IMG/VR virus record: IMGVR_UViG_3300017647_000014
Span: 1-27,155 of that record
Reading direction: 5' to 3' (one strand)
DNA: 27,155 nt
From: a virus
Taxonomy: Duplodnaviria > Caudoviricetes
Shown here: in pieces, positions 6,952 to 15,851 of the stretch
How the letters are laid out: every line of letters starts with the position of its first letter
Position numbering within the stretch: the stretch's first letter is position 1
The notes under the pieces: model-generated
Database searches by the model: none
Told to the model about the DNA's origin: nothing
The model's input: only the letters and a program-made list of their open reading frames with translations
Made by a program: the position numbers and the translations under genes

Positions 6952-7140
6952 TTCTTGATGGTTCTCTGGCTGCTGGTTCTGCACTCCTGCTGTGCAGCGC
7001 CGGCGTTTGCCGGGGACACTGTTTCCGCGGCGCCCATGTCTGCCCGGGTGCTGTCGGAACAGATCGTGCGCTTACCGAAGCAGCAACGATTAAGGGGTCC
7101 GCCATAGCCTGGCAGACCCCTCTTCCTTCCTGATGAGTAG

Positions 7141-7172
7141 AAAGCTGGATAGCTACATGGCTATCCAGCTTT
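7141..7172. repeat. 8-bp-period array 5, forming a 13-bp inverted repeat at the parG stop
   Basis: aaagctggatagc-tacatg-gctatccagcttt. Confidence 0.75.
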
Positions 7173-7430
7173 TTCCTTATTTCGTTGCTCACGCTCCCAG
7201 GCGGCGAAGCTCTCGATCAGGAGCTCCTTCATGTTGATGCCGCGTGAGACGGCCGTCATCTTGAACCTGGTGTGCCAGTCGCGCGGCATGTTGAACGTCA
7301 TTGGAACGAGACGCTCACCCTTCATGTTGTCGGCCGGCGGCAGCGATGCGGCCGAGCTTGGATCCGGCAGGAAGGATTTCGATTTCGAGCGTGGGGCAGG
7401 GACGGCTGCTCTGGTCTTTGGTTCGGTCAT
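7161..7430 (-). CDS. parG: ParG-like ribbon-helix-helix centromere-binding protein
   Basis: Flexible N-terminal tail then VPMTFNMPRDWHTRFKMTAVSRGINMKELL (cf. TP228 ParG HTRFK); ATGA overlap with parA. Confidence 0.8.
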   Translation of the reverse strand: MTEPKTRAAVPAPRSKSKSFLPDPSSAASLPPADNMKGERLVPMTFNMPRDWHTRFKMTAVSRGINMKELLIESFAAWEREQRNKEKAG

Positions 7431-8074
7431 GCTGCTTCTCCCAATGCAGTCGCACGGCTGACGATTTCGGCGGCGAGAAGGTCTGCCTTCTCCTCCAGCG
7501 TTCCTATCTGCTTGCCCACCTCCGACAGCGCATAGCCGTGGTTCTGCGCCCGCTGGTAGGAGGTCTTGGCTGAGATGTCCTGGTCGGCGACCATGAACTC
7601 GGCCAGATATTCGCGCGCCTCGGCAACGGCCGCCCGGCTCTCAGTCGTCTTGTTGAGGACGAACAGGATCTTCTCGTTTGGGACGCCCTTGGCGACGAGC
7701 TCCTTGGCAAAGCGCAGCTGCGGCTCAAGGTCGTCGAGCGGCAGACCGGTTGGGACGATGATGAGATCGGCAAGCCTTGCGATCTCCATCGAGGACTGGT
7801 CCGAGTCCGGCCGGCCGTCGGCGACGACCAGATTGTAGTTCTCGCGCTTGAGGGACGTCGGCGAATTGCAGGCGTCGGCGGCGATCACCGGCTCGATCTT
7901 GTTCTGCGAGCGGATGCGCGCCCAGTTGGCTGATGTGAGCTGCGTGGTGTTGAAGTCGCAGATTTTCACCGTCCACCCGGCGACAGCATAGGTTCGCGCG
8001 ATCAGCCGGGCGAGGGTGCTTTTGCCCACGCCGCCCTTCTGTGAAAGGCAGGCGATTATCAGGTCTGGCATCAT
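7427..8074 (-). CDS. parA: Type Ib ParA/ParF-like partition ATPase
   Basis: Deviant Walker A QKGGVGKST, VVADGRP, ADLIIVPT; no N-terminal HTH. Confidence 0.92.
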   Translation of the reverse strand: MMPDLIIACLSQKGGVGKSTLARLIARTYAVAGWTVKICDFNTTQLTSANWARIRSQNKIEPVIAADACNSPTSLKRENYNLVVADGRPDSDQSSMEIARLADLIIVPTGLPLDDLEPQLRFAKELVAKGVPNEKILFVLNKTTESRAAVAEAREYLAEFMVADQDISAKTSYQRAQNHGYALSEVGKQIGTLEEKADLLAAEIVSRATALGEAA

Positions 8075-8083
8075 ATCCTCACA

Positions 8084-8115
8084 TAGCTAGAGCCTCAGAT
8101 AGCTATGGAGCTATA
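8084..8115. repeat. 8-bp-period TAGCTA array 6 at the parA promoter/RBS
   Basis: TAGCTA ga GCCTCA ga TAGCTA tg GAGCTA ta. Confidence 0.7.
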
Positions 8116-8134
8116 TGATTTGGGTTACCAGAGT

Positions 8135-8578
8135 CTATACGGGGTCGAAGTAGGGGAGGTCGAAGATGGCCTCATAGGACTCGTCATCGACCTCGAGGCC
8201 GATCCACTCCGCGGTGTAGCCGTCGAAGTCGAACCGGCGCACGATCTGCGCATTGTCCGGCATGATGTCGCCCTTGAGCTTGGCAAGCGAGCGCAGGATG
8301 CAGCGAACCTCCTCGGGATCCTTGCGCCAGGCGCTGCTGGGGCTGGTGGTGAGGGGACCGTAGTTCTCGAGCGCCTCATGCGTCAGCTTCAGCGACCGGC
8401 GCACGAAGGGCAGCTCATATTGTTTGGTGGCCGGGGCAGGGCAGGGGTCGCCATCATCGAGCAGGGGAGACCAGACCCTGCGCGGCTCGCGGATCGTGAG
8501 CACGAACCGGCCACCAAGCGTCGAGACTTTCTGCTTGAGCACGCCGACGGCCTTGCCCCGGTAGTAGACCGGCATCAT
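8135..8578 (-). CDS. Hypothetical protein (147 aa)
   Basis: ATGA-coupled to the upstream kinase; GGAGG RBS. Confidence 0.7.
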   Translation of the reverse strand: MMPVYYRGKAVGVLKQKVSTLGGRFVLTIREPRRVWSPLLDDGDPCPAPATKQYELPFVRRSLKLTHEALENYGPLTTSPSSAWRKDPEEVRCILRSLAKLKGDIMPDNAQIVRRFDFDGYTAEWIGLEVDDESYEAIFDLPYFDPV

Positions 8579-9144
8579 CCGCGGAACGCCTCCACCGCGG
8601 AGACGAGCTTGCCGGCAAGATCCTGACGGGCGTCCCAGGGATCGAGGCCGCGCGCCAGTCCATCGTTCTGGATGCGGAAGTGGCAGTGGGCCGGATTGTA
8701 GGTGTCGAACTCGAACTTGGAGGGTCCGGCCTGCGGATTGACGATCTCAAGGACGAGGGCGCCATGGTTGCGCCAGAACAGACCCTGCTCGCGGCGCACG
8801 GAGGCGAACACGTAGCGCTGATTGTTCTTGAGCCCCTCCAGGATCGTGTTGAAGCTCATCAGCGGGATGATGTCGCCGCCGAACTTGTCCTCGAAGGCGT
8901 TACCGAGCTCACCGAGAACCTCCCGGACCTGCCAGACGCGATCGTTGAGAGCGACACGCTCCAGCTTGCCTTCCTGCGTGTAGACCTGATCGGCGGTGAG
9001 GCCGAAATAGTCGATGGCGATCTGGCGCAGCGGCTTGCCGTCATCGGCCGGCCAGTAGCCGTAGATTTCCTGGAGCAGTTCTGCGGCAGTGGTCTTGCCG
9101 CTCATGGGGTTTCCGCAAAGTGCGATGATACGGGGAAGAGACAT
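8575..9144 (-). CDS. Deoxynucleoside monophosphate kinase (T4 gp1/T5 dNMP kinase-like)
   Basis: IIALCGNPMSGKTTAA P-loop, KPLRQIA..FGL, REVLGELG, SVRREQ. Confidence 0.8.
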   Translation of the reverse strand: MSLPRIIALCGNPMSGKTTAAELLQEIYGYWPADDGKPLRQIAIDYFGLTADQVYTQEGKLERVALNDRVWQVREVLGELGNAFEDKFGGDIIPLMSFNTILEGLKNNQRYVFASVRREQGLFWRNHGALVLEIVNPQAGPSKFEFDTYNPAHCHFRIQNDGLARGLDPWDARQDLAGKLVSAVEAFRG

Positions 9145-9160
9145 TGCTCGCTCATATGTA

Positions 9161-9176
9161 GTAAGTTCTTACTTAC
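9161..9176. promoter_or_regulatory. Operator palindrome
   Basis: GTAAGT TCTT ACTTAC next to a minus-strand CTATAT -10 box. Confidence 0.8.
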
Positions 9177-9207
9177 ATATAGCGACGTGCTTTTCCCGAT
9201 GCAGAAA

Positions 9208-9271
9208 TAGCTCTGTAGCTAGGTAGCTTCCTGTTTAGGTAGCTACCTAGCTATCTGCCTATACGCTTAGA
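9208..9271. repeat. 8-bp-period TAGCTA array 7 (longest, 8 units)
   Basis: TAGCTC tg TAGCTA gg TAGCTT cc TGTTTA gg TAGCTA cc TAGCTA tc TGCCTA ta CGCTTA ga. Confidence 0.75.
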
Positions 9272-9438
9272 TCATCACCGAGCGCCTTGAGCCGGAGCAT
9301 CAGGCCCCGGTTCTGGCGCTCCAGCTTCTCGACCTTCTCCTCGAGCTCCTCGATCCGCTCAAGCAGGTAGTCGATCGTCATGACCGGTTCGCCGAACTCG
9401 TTGAAGAGGTGGATCGGATCTACCAGGCGGGTGGTCAT
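9259..9438 (-). CDS. Small coiled-coil protein (59 aa; not in ORF track)
   Basis: ATG overlaps the helicase stop (TGATG); LLERIEELEEKVEKLERQNRGL heptads. Confidence 0.7.
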   Translation of the reverse strand: MTTRLVDPIHLFNEFGEPVMTIDYLLERIEELEEKVEKLERQNRGLMLRLKALGDDLSV

Positions 9439-12068
9439 CAGGCGGCTTCCTTCATCTCGAACACCTGCCAGGGGAAATCCTCACCGTCAGGCAGGATGCC
9501 CTCCACGAAGCCCGGCGTGGTGCGAATGATGTTGAGGCGCTGGCGGAAGTGATCGCGCAGCGTGTTGTTCAGGTTGCAGGTGTAGTCGGCGATGAACGCG
9601 ATGTTCGGGCCCGACTTCTTGGCGCGCAGGCCACGGCCGATGCGCTGGCGCAGCGAAACCTCTGCCTTGCCGCCGGCGGCGAGCTGCACAAGACCGATCG
9701 CCGGCACGTCGACGCCCACATCGAGAATGTTGGTGCCGATGACGCCATCGAGCTCACCGCAAGCCAGGCGCTTGAGCTGGGCCCGGCGCTGCTCCTGCTT
9801 GTCCTCTCCCTTCAGGAACTCGAACTTGAGCCCGTTGTCGGTATAGGTCTTGAGGATGTTCTCGCCGGCGCTGATGCGGCCGACAAGGGTGAGAGTGGGC
9901 AGGCCATACTGCTTGGCCCTGAGCGCGTCGGCCAGCATCCTGGCGTGCATGTTCGCGTTCTCGACATAGCCGAGCTTGTATGCGCGCTCGAAGGGCGACG
10001 ACTTGTGCAGACCCTTCGGCGGATCACAGTCGACCGTCTTGAAGATCGGCTTGGCAAGGATGCCGCGCTGAATGAGCAGCTCTTCCGGAATGTCGATCAG
10101 GACCGGGCCGAAGGCTGCCATGAGGCGCATATTGTCTTCGGCCGACGAGCGCATGAACGGGGTCGCCGTCAGGGCAACGCGGATCGTCGCATTCTTGCAG
10201 TGGCGCAGGATCTCATAATAGCTGTTGCCGCCGGCCTCATGCGCCTCCTCGCCGATGACGACCTCGACCATCGACAGGAACTTGAGGATCGTCTCACGCC
10301 GGGTGACCTTGGCCTCGTAGCGCAGCTTGGCCTGACGAACGATCTCCTCCTCGGAGATGTTCTCGTTGCCCTTCTTCGAACCATAGGCCGACTTCACGAC
10401 TGCACGGCGCTCGCGCGCAAAGTCCGGCACCTCCAGCGCCTGGACGAGAGTCTGGACCATGCCGAGATTGACACCGCGGACAAACTTCAGCTCGCCGTCG
10501 CCGATCTGGCCGGTGTTGAGCCCGATCTCCTTGAGCCGGTCATCCATCTGATAGAGCAGGATGCCTCGCGTCGTCAGGAAGAGGGTCATGCGCTTGTAGC
10601 GCGCCATGATCAGCTTCGCGATCTTGGTGTTGTGGGTGACGGTGAAGTCGCCCAGCAGGAACAGGTGGTCGCCGTCGATCTCGAAGCCGTAGTAGTCGCC
10701 CTCGCCGATCGGCTCGACCGTCAGCCCCGTAACGAGGTGGTCCTTCTTCTGGGCGCGCGGCGCGGCCTTCCGGCGCTCCAGGCGCACCGGAACCTCGTCG
10801 AGATGACCCGAGATGACGGTGGAATAGTAGGTGCCCTCGGCGCCGGTGTTGTGGCACTTCTTCGTCACCGCCCGCTTGTAGGCGGCGAAGCCGAGCGACC
10901 GGGCTACGAAGATCACGTCATCCAGCAACCGCTCGGATTTCAGCGTGACGTAGAAGCCCTTGCCGTCGTAGTAGCCGTCGGTGTCGATGATGCCCGCGAG
11001 CAGCTCCAGGCGCTCCTGGCGCGAGGCGGTCTTGTAGATGTGCGGAATGAACTTCTCGCCCGCGCCGAGGCCCACCAGGCGCAGTGCATGGGTCAGCGGG
11101 TTCGCCTTGCCGCCCGTGCGCCCGGCGGTCAGGTGATAACTCTTGGCGGCGTTGTTGGACCGGGCCTTGTCATAGGCCATGACCTTCAGGTTCCACTTCT
11201 TCGCCTGGTGCTCAATTTCCGCGACAATCTCGGGGTCGGCCGTGGTCAGGCTGACGCCTGCGCCGATTGACCCGTCTCCCAGCAGCAGGCCGACGAAATA
11301 CGGGTCGATCAGGAGCGGGTCTCTCGGCTCGAAATCGACGCCCGTGCGCCAGCCCTTGTGGATGTGTCGGAAGGTCTTGGTTTCGGCGAGGTAGTCCTCG
11401 ACGTTGATGTTGACGATCTCGCCCTTGGGGTATTTCTCGCCGTCCCGGTTGCGCCCGCGATAGCCCCGCGAGGTCTTCTTGAGGCTCAGGATATGGGCGT
11501 CGTTCACGACATAGCTGTCACCCTTGGTCGGGGTGACGCGGTAGAGCGGAGCCCGGCCCTTGCAGGTCGACAGGACCAGGCGCGGCTTGCTGTCCGGCCC
11601 CATGAGCTGGTCGCCGATCTCGACATCCTGCACCATCTTGACCGTGCCGTCGAACATCAGGACCGGGGTATCCTTGCCCAGACACTTGCCGCCACCGGTT
11701 GCCACGCGAATGATGCCGGCGCCGTGCTTCTCGACCTGGCGCAGCGCCTTGATCTGGTAGTCGTAGCGCGGATCATCGTTGCCGAACTCGTCAACGATCG
11801 GATTCTCAGGTCCGAGAGGGGAGGCGTGCGGCCGGAAGATCGGCTGAACGTGATGGCCGATCGCCGTCAGCTCCTGTTCCACCAGATAGGCAAAGCCTGC
11901 CGGGAAGGTGTGATTGTTGACGTCGAAGAAGGACGACTTGCCGGACCAGCCGATGCCGTTCGTGCCTGCCTCATAGGAGAGCAGCGAGTTGACGAAGGAG
12001 GCGACCTGCTTGGTCGGGTTCACCAGCTTGGCGACGACAGCGTTGCGAGCCAGTTGGACGGTTGCCAT
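9438..12068 (-). CDS. SF2 DExH-type (SSL2/XPB-like) helicase precursor with intein
   Basis: ATGGGK|T Walker A, EEAH Walker B variant, LTATP, GVDVP, QRIGRGLR. Confidence 0.92.
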   Translation of the reverse strand: MATVQLARNAVVAKLVNPTKQVASFVNSLLSYEAGTNGIGWSGKSSFFDVNNHTFPAGFAYLVEQELTAIGHHVQPIFRPHASPLGPENPIVDEFGNDDPRYDYQIKALRQVEKHGAGIIRVATGGGKCLGKDTPVLMFDGTVKMVQDVEIGDQLMGPDSKPRLVLSTCKGRAPLYRVTPTKGDSYVVNDAHILSLKKTSRGYRGRNRDGEKYPKGEIVNINVEDYLAETKTFRHIHKGWRTGVDFEPRDPLLIDPYFVGLLLGDGSIGAGVSLTTADPEIVAEIEHQAKKWNLKVMAYDKARSNNAAKSYHLTAGRTGGKANPLTHALRLVGLGAGEKFIPHIYKTASRQERLELLAGIIDTDGYYDGKGFYVTLKSERLLDDVIFVARSLGFAAYKRAVTKKCHNTGAEGTYYSTVISGHLDEVPVRLERRKAAPRAQKKDHLVTGLTVEPIGEGDYYGFEIDGDHLFLLGDFTVTHNTKIAKLIMARYKRMTLFLTTRGILLYQMDDRLKEIGLNTGQIGDGELKFVRGVNLGMVQTLVQALEVPDFARERRAVVKSAYGSKKGNENISEEEIVRQAKLRYEAKVTRRETILKFLSMVEVVIGEEAHEAGGNSYYEILRHCKNATIRVALTATPFMRSSAEDNMRLMAAFGPVLIDIPEELLIQRGILAKPIFKTVDCDPPKGLHKSSPFERAYKLGYVENANMHARMLADALRAKQYGLPTLTLVGRISAGENILKTYTDNGLKFEFLKGEDKQEQRRAQLKRLACGELDGVIGTNILDVGVDVPAIGLVQLAAGGKAEVSLRQRIGRGLRAKKSGPNIAFIADYTCNLNNTLRDHFRQRLNIIRTTPGFVEGILPDGEDFPWQVFEMKEAA
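10629..11684 (-). mobile_element. Intein (352 aa) with LAGLIDADG homing endonuclease
   Basis: N-terminal CLGKDTPV, C-terminal VTHN followed by Thr+1; motifs VGLLLGDG and LLAGIIDTDG. Confidence 0.93.
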
Positions 12069-12102
12069 TGCGTGTGCCTATTGCCTTTTGGTCAAAAGGG
12101 GA

Positions 12103-12121
12103 TAAGTATGTGCTTACTTAC
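12103..12121. promoter_or_regulatory. Operator in the divergent helicase/parB promoter region
   Basis: GTATGT GCTT ACTTAC at 12106-12121. Confidence 0.75.
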
Positions 12122-12135
12122 CACCGGATTGATCT

Positions 12136-12870
12136 ATGCGCGAGATTGAATTTCTCACCGTTCCCGTAGACCTGCTGCGGAAGAACCCCTGGAACACCAA
12201 TCGGGTCACGCCAGACAACGAACTGAAGATCCGAAAGAGCCTCGAGCGAAACGGCATGTTCAAGCCGATCATCGTTCGACAGGTGAAGGGCGTGGACGGC
12301 TACGAAATTCTCGGCGGCGAGCACCGCTGGGAGCAGGCAAAGGAGCTCGGAGCAAAGACTGTTCCGATCGCCAACCTCGGCTATATCGATGACCGCCAGG
12401 CCAAGGAAATTGGCGTCATCGACAATGCGCGCTACGGCTCCGACGAGATGATGTCCTACTCGGAGCTTCTCAAGGAGCTGGGTTCGATCGATGAGCTTCA
12501 GGACTTTCTCCCCTACGGAAACGCCGATCTCGACGCGATTTTCTCTGCGTCAAATATAGCGCTGGACGATCTGGACATTGACGAAAACTTCGAGCGGATC
12601 GACGAGCCGGAGCTTGACGAAAAGCCCGCCAAGGCGCCGAAAACGCACACCGTCATGCGCTTCAAGGTGACGCTTGCTGATGCAGAGCGCATCACCGCCC
12701 TGGTTGCCCGCACGCAGAAGGAGCAGGGCTTCACCACCGAAGACGAACTCACCAATGCCGGTGACGCACTCGTTCACCTGCTGGCCGATCATCTGCGCTC
12801 CGGTGCAGGTGCTGCCTATAAGAGCGATCCTGAGATCGACGACCTCTTGGATGAGGCCCTCGACGAATAG
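12136..12870 (+). CDS. ParB/Srx N-terminal domain protein
   Basis: NPWNTN, SLERNGMFKPIIVR, ILGGEHRW, IDNARYG. Confidence 0.88.
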   Translation: MREIEFLTVPVDLLRKNPWNTNRVTPDNELKIRKSLERNGMFKPIIVRQVKGVDGYEILGGEHRWEQAKELGAKTVPIANLGYIDDRQAKEIGVIDNARYGSDEMMSYSELLKELGSIDELQDFLPYGNADLDAIFSASNIALDDLDIDENFERIDEPELDEKPAKAPKTHTVMRFKVTLADAERITALVARTQKEQGFTTEDELTNAGDALVHLLADHLRSGAGAAYKSDPEIDDLLDEALDE

Positions 12871-12878
12871 GAACGACC

Positions 12879-13547
12879 ATGAGCAAGAACGCGAACCCGA
12901 CGATTGAAATTTGGGACGTCTCGAAACTCGTCCCGTATGAGGCCAACGCCAAGAAGCACTCCGACGAGCAGGTCGCAAAGCTTGCGAACCTGATCCAGAA
13001 GGCCGGCTGGACGCAGCCGATCGTCGTCTGGAAGAACGGCGAGATCATTGCCGGCCACGGCCGGCGCCTGGCTGCCCTGAAGCTGGGTCTGAAGAAGGTT
13101 CCCGTTATCGTCCGGGCCGATCTGACGAAGGCTGAAGCCGACGCGCTGCGCCTTGCCGACAACCGGGTCACCTCGACCGAATACGACCAGGCCGCCATTC
13201 AGATCGAACTCCAGCGCCTTGCCGAAGAGCTGGAAGGCGATCTTGGTCTTCAGGATCTTGGTTTCGACGAGAAGGAGCTCGACTTCAGCCTCTCGGACCT
13301 TGGCGAGATGGACGATTCCTTCTTCGTTGAGGACGTCAATGAGGCCGTCGAGCAGCAGAAGAAGGAAAACGAGAACGCGATCACCGCGACCGACGATGTG
13401 GCGGCCCCGATTGGTGATGCGCTCGGCTTCAAGCGCGTGACGATCGCCCAAAGCCGCCAGATCCGCGAGCTTATGTCCGGTATCGAACATAAGACCGGCA
13501 AGAAGGGCGTTGACGCACTTATCGAGGTTCTTTCTGCGGCCGCGTGA
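12879..13547 (+). CDS. ParB/Srx N-terminal domain protein (type associated with phage DNA-modification genes)
   Basis: PYEANAKKH, GWTQPIVV, IIAGHGRRLAA, LRLADNR. Confidence 0.9.
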   Translation: MSKNANPTIEIWDVSKLVPYEANAKKHSDEQVAKLANLIQKAGWTQPIVVWKNGEIIAGHGRRLAALKLGLKKVPVIVRADLTKAEADALRLADNRVTSTEYDQAAIQIELQRLAEELEGDLGLQDLGFDEKELDFSLSDLGEMDDSFFVEDVNEAVEQQKKENENAITATDDVAAPIGDALGFKRVTIAQSRQIRELMSGIEHKTGKKGVDALIEVLSAAA

Positions 13548-13563
13548 GTAAGTAAGGGCATAC
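13548..13563. promoter_or_regulatory. Operator-like site
   Basis: GTAAGT AAGG GCATAC between the stop at 13547 and the start at 13567. Confidence 0.6.
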
Positions 13564-13566
13564 TTC

Positions 13567-13995
13567 GTGAGTGAGAACGTCATCCACTTCGGAACACGCC
13601 GGCCTCTGGCTCAGGTGACTGAGGAAGCGGAAAAGGCGGTGGAGCAGGCGAGGGACGCCGATCGCGAGGCTCACCTCGAGGCCATCGACAACCTGCGGCG
13701 CCTGGTCGAGCAGGACAAGGTTAGAGGCCTCATCCTCATCGGCCGCCATGTGGAGCTGGGTGTTCCCTACCAGGACGTGATCTTCCCGATGCGCGTGATC
13801 CCGGGCACCGAGGAATACGGCTCCATCACCTCCTCCTTCTGCCCGCCGGAAGAGGCGTTCTTCTACACCGGGCTCCTCGAAGCCATGAAGCTGGAGTTCG
13901 CGGACATGGCTCAGATGGCGCCCTGCCTCATGCCGACCGGCGAAGTTCTCAACCCTCACGACGAGATTGCCGCCCTCGAGGACGAAATCGAATGA
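13567..13995 (+). CDS. Hypothetical protein (142 aa)
   Basis: GTG start; ATGA overlap with the ABC ATPase. Confidence 0.75.
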   Translation: MSENVIHFGTRRPLAQVTEEAEKAVEQARDADREAHLEAIDNLRRLVEQDKVRGLILIGRHVELGVPYQDVIFPMRVIPGTEEYGSITSSFCPPEEAFFYTGLLEAMKLEFADMAQMAPCLMPTGEVLNPHDEIAALEDEIE

Positions 13996-14627
13996 CCGTC
14001 TACACCGTTGACCGCCGCTTCACGACGTCCGTCGAGCGCACGCCGCGTGTGCTGGAGATTGCCGAGAGCTTTGGCCTTGGCCTCTCCGACAAGGAGTTTG
14101 TGATCTACGACAACCTTCAGATCGAAGTTCGACAGGGTGATGTCGTCTACATCACCGGTCAGTCGGGGTCGGGCAAGTCGCTGCTGCTCAAAGAGCTGAT
14201 CAAGCAGATGCGCCAGACCAAGAAGGTGGCCGACCTCAACGAAATCGAGCTTGAGGAGCGCCCGGTCATCGATCAGGTGGGCTCGTCCACCAATGAGGCG
14301 ACGCATCTTCTGGCGCTCGCCGGCATCTCGGACGCCTGGATTTACATCCGCAAGCCCTCGGAGCTGTCCGACGGCCAGCGCTACCGCCTGAAGCTCGCGA
14401 AGGTGCTTGAGCAGGACGCTGACGTGTGGGTGGCCGACGAGTTCGGCGCCGTCCTCGATCGCGTCACTGCGAAGGTGATCGCCTTCAATCTTCAGAAAAC
14501 CGCCCGCCGCGCCGGCAAGACCCTGATGGTGGCTACCACGCACACCGATCTGGTCGACGAGCTGGCGCCTTCCCTCACCATCACCAAGCGCTTCCGTGAG
14601 CGCGTAGAACTGGAGAAAGCAGCATGA
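13992..14627 (+). CDS. Stand-alone ABC-family ATPase (no permease)
   Basis: GQSGSGKS, LSDGQRYR signature, VWVADEF, VATTH. Confidence 0.9.
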   Translation: MTVYTVDRRFTTSVERTPRVLEIAESFGLGLSDKEFVIYDNLQIEVRQGDVVYITGQSGSGKSLLLKELIKQMRQTKKVADLNEIELEERPVIDQVGSSTNEATHLLALAGISDAWIYIRKPSELSDGQRYRLKLAKVLEQDADVWVADEFGAVLDRVTAKVIAFNLQKTARRAGKTLMVATTHTDLVDELAPSLTITKRFRERVELEKAA

Positions 14628-14923
14628 ATTTTGGAGCAGCAATCGAAGCCGTAAAGGCAGGTCAGCGTGCAGCCCGCGCCTCGTGGGTCGCGCAGAACAA
14701 ATTCATCTACCTCAATCCGGGCTCGGTGCCGGCAAACCTGGTCGTCGAGGGTGAGGAGCTGATCAATGGCGTGGCGGCCGACCTGTTTGCGGTGGGCGAC
14801 GCCGACACGGTTGTGCGTATGCCCAACTTCTGCCTGCGCTCCGTAGACGGCTCGACCGTCAATGGCTGGCTTGCCTCGCAGACCGACATGCTCGCTGAAG
14901 ACTGGGTAGTGCTCGAAGACTGA
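14624..14923 (+). CDS. tad2: DUF2829 / Tad2-family signalling-molecule sponge
   Basis: MNFGAAIEAVKAGQRAARASW...GWLASQTDMLAEDW. Confidence 0.85.
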   Translation: MNFGAAIEAVKAGQRAARASWVAQNKFIYLNPGSVPANLVVEGEELINGVAADLFAVGDADTVVRMPNFCLRSVDGSTVNGWLASQTDMLAEDWVVLED

Positions 14924-14978
14924 TCGAAGCACGCATGGATGCTGCGCAATCGAACACAGAAGCTCAGGGGCTGCGACC

Positions 14979-15851
14979 GTGAACTTTCTTGACTGCGAGA
15001 CGCTGATCGAGCGTAACGACAGCCCTCGAGCTTCTTTTTCGCTGGCGCACGATATGTGGGTCGAGCGCGGCACCAAAGCCGATTGGGATCTGCTGCACGA
15101 CCTGCATTACAAGGCCGAGAAGCTGCCGATCGGGCCGAGGTTCTATCGGCTGTCGCTCTACGGCGAGACGATCGGCGTGCTGGTCACCGGTGCGCCGAAG
15201 GGAATGCTGCGTGAGCGTCACATCGTCTTCCCGAACCTGAAGCCCGGGGCAGGGGAGACGAAGCTCACCAACACCAACCGCTACAACTACATCAACGCCA
15301 ACTTCCGGGTCATCTCGCGCTTCGTGATCGACACGATGTATCGCGGTATCGGCGCCGGCTACCGGATGATGAACCTGGTTTCGCGCATCGAGGGCAACAC
15401 CTTCATGGAGATCCAGAGCTCCATGTCGAAGTTCAACGCCTTCGGCCAGAAGGCAGGCTTCAAGTTCGTGAAGCCGATGAACGCGAACAAATACGACCAG
15501 GTGATGAAGTTCTTCCGGTCGCACTTCAGCGCCAGCCCGCAGGACTTCGAAGCGATCCTGGCCGAAATCTCTGCCAAGCCCGCGGCTGAGCAGGAGAGGA
15601 TCCGCGACCTGTGCGTCGACTTCTACATGAGGAACTCGGCGCTCGAGAACACCTCCAACGGTGGCGCCGCCATGGAGCGCCGGGCAGCTCAGATGACGGT
15701 GAGGGACGCGATCCGCGGAATCCAGCAGATCGGCCTCGCCAGCCCGATGTATGGCATCTGGAAGTGTCCTGATCCGAAGGGAAGCGTTCCGGAGCGTCTG
15801 CCTCTGCTTCAGTTCGACAAGCAGGGCCCGAATGAAAGGCTGAAGCTGTGA
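14979..15851 (+). CDS. GNAT-fold acyltransferase (putative DNA-modifying, Mom-like)
   Basis: LHDLHY, ISRFVIDTMYRGIGAG acyl-CoA motif, SMSKFNAFGQKAGF. Confidence 0.75.
   Translation: MNFLDCETLIERNDSPRASFSLAHDMWVERGTKADWDLLHDLHYKAEKLPIGPRFYRLSLYGETIGVLVTGAPKGMLRERHIVFPNLKPGAGETKLTNTNRYNYINANFRVISRFVIDTMYRGIGAGYRMMNLVSRIEGNTFMEIQSSMSKFNAFGQKAGFKFVKPMNANKYDQVMKFFRSHFSASPQDFEAILAEISAKPAAEQERIRDLCVDFYMRNSALENTSNGGAAMERRAAQMTVRDAIRGIQQIGLASPMYGIWKCPDPKGSVPERLPLLQFDKQGPNERLKL

Noticed and set aside
6947-7192. 81-aa (or 52-aa from ATG 7105) minus-strand ORF after parG
   Set aside because: Overlaps parG or lies between two DNA arrays; the product is Pro/Ala-rich and unstructured; insufficient support
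9549-11270. 573-aa plus-strand ORF and similar long antisense ORFs (16891..18150, 18038..20020, 19912..21054, 26428..27135)
   Set aside because: Shadow frames of GC-rich real genes on the opposite strand
12136-13547. ParB-domain genes as the partition partner of ParA
   Set aside because: No recognisable HTH centromere-binding domain, 4 kb from parA, and parA already has a coupled RHH partner
13992-14627. ABC transporter
   Set aside because: No permease or binding-protein genes; the context is GNAT and terminase
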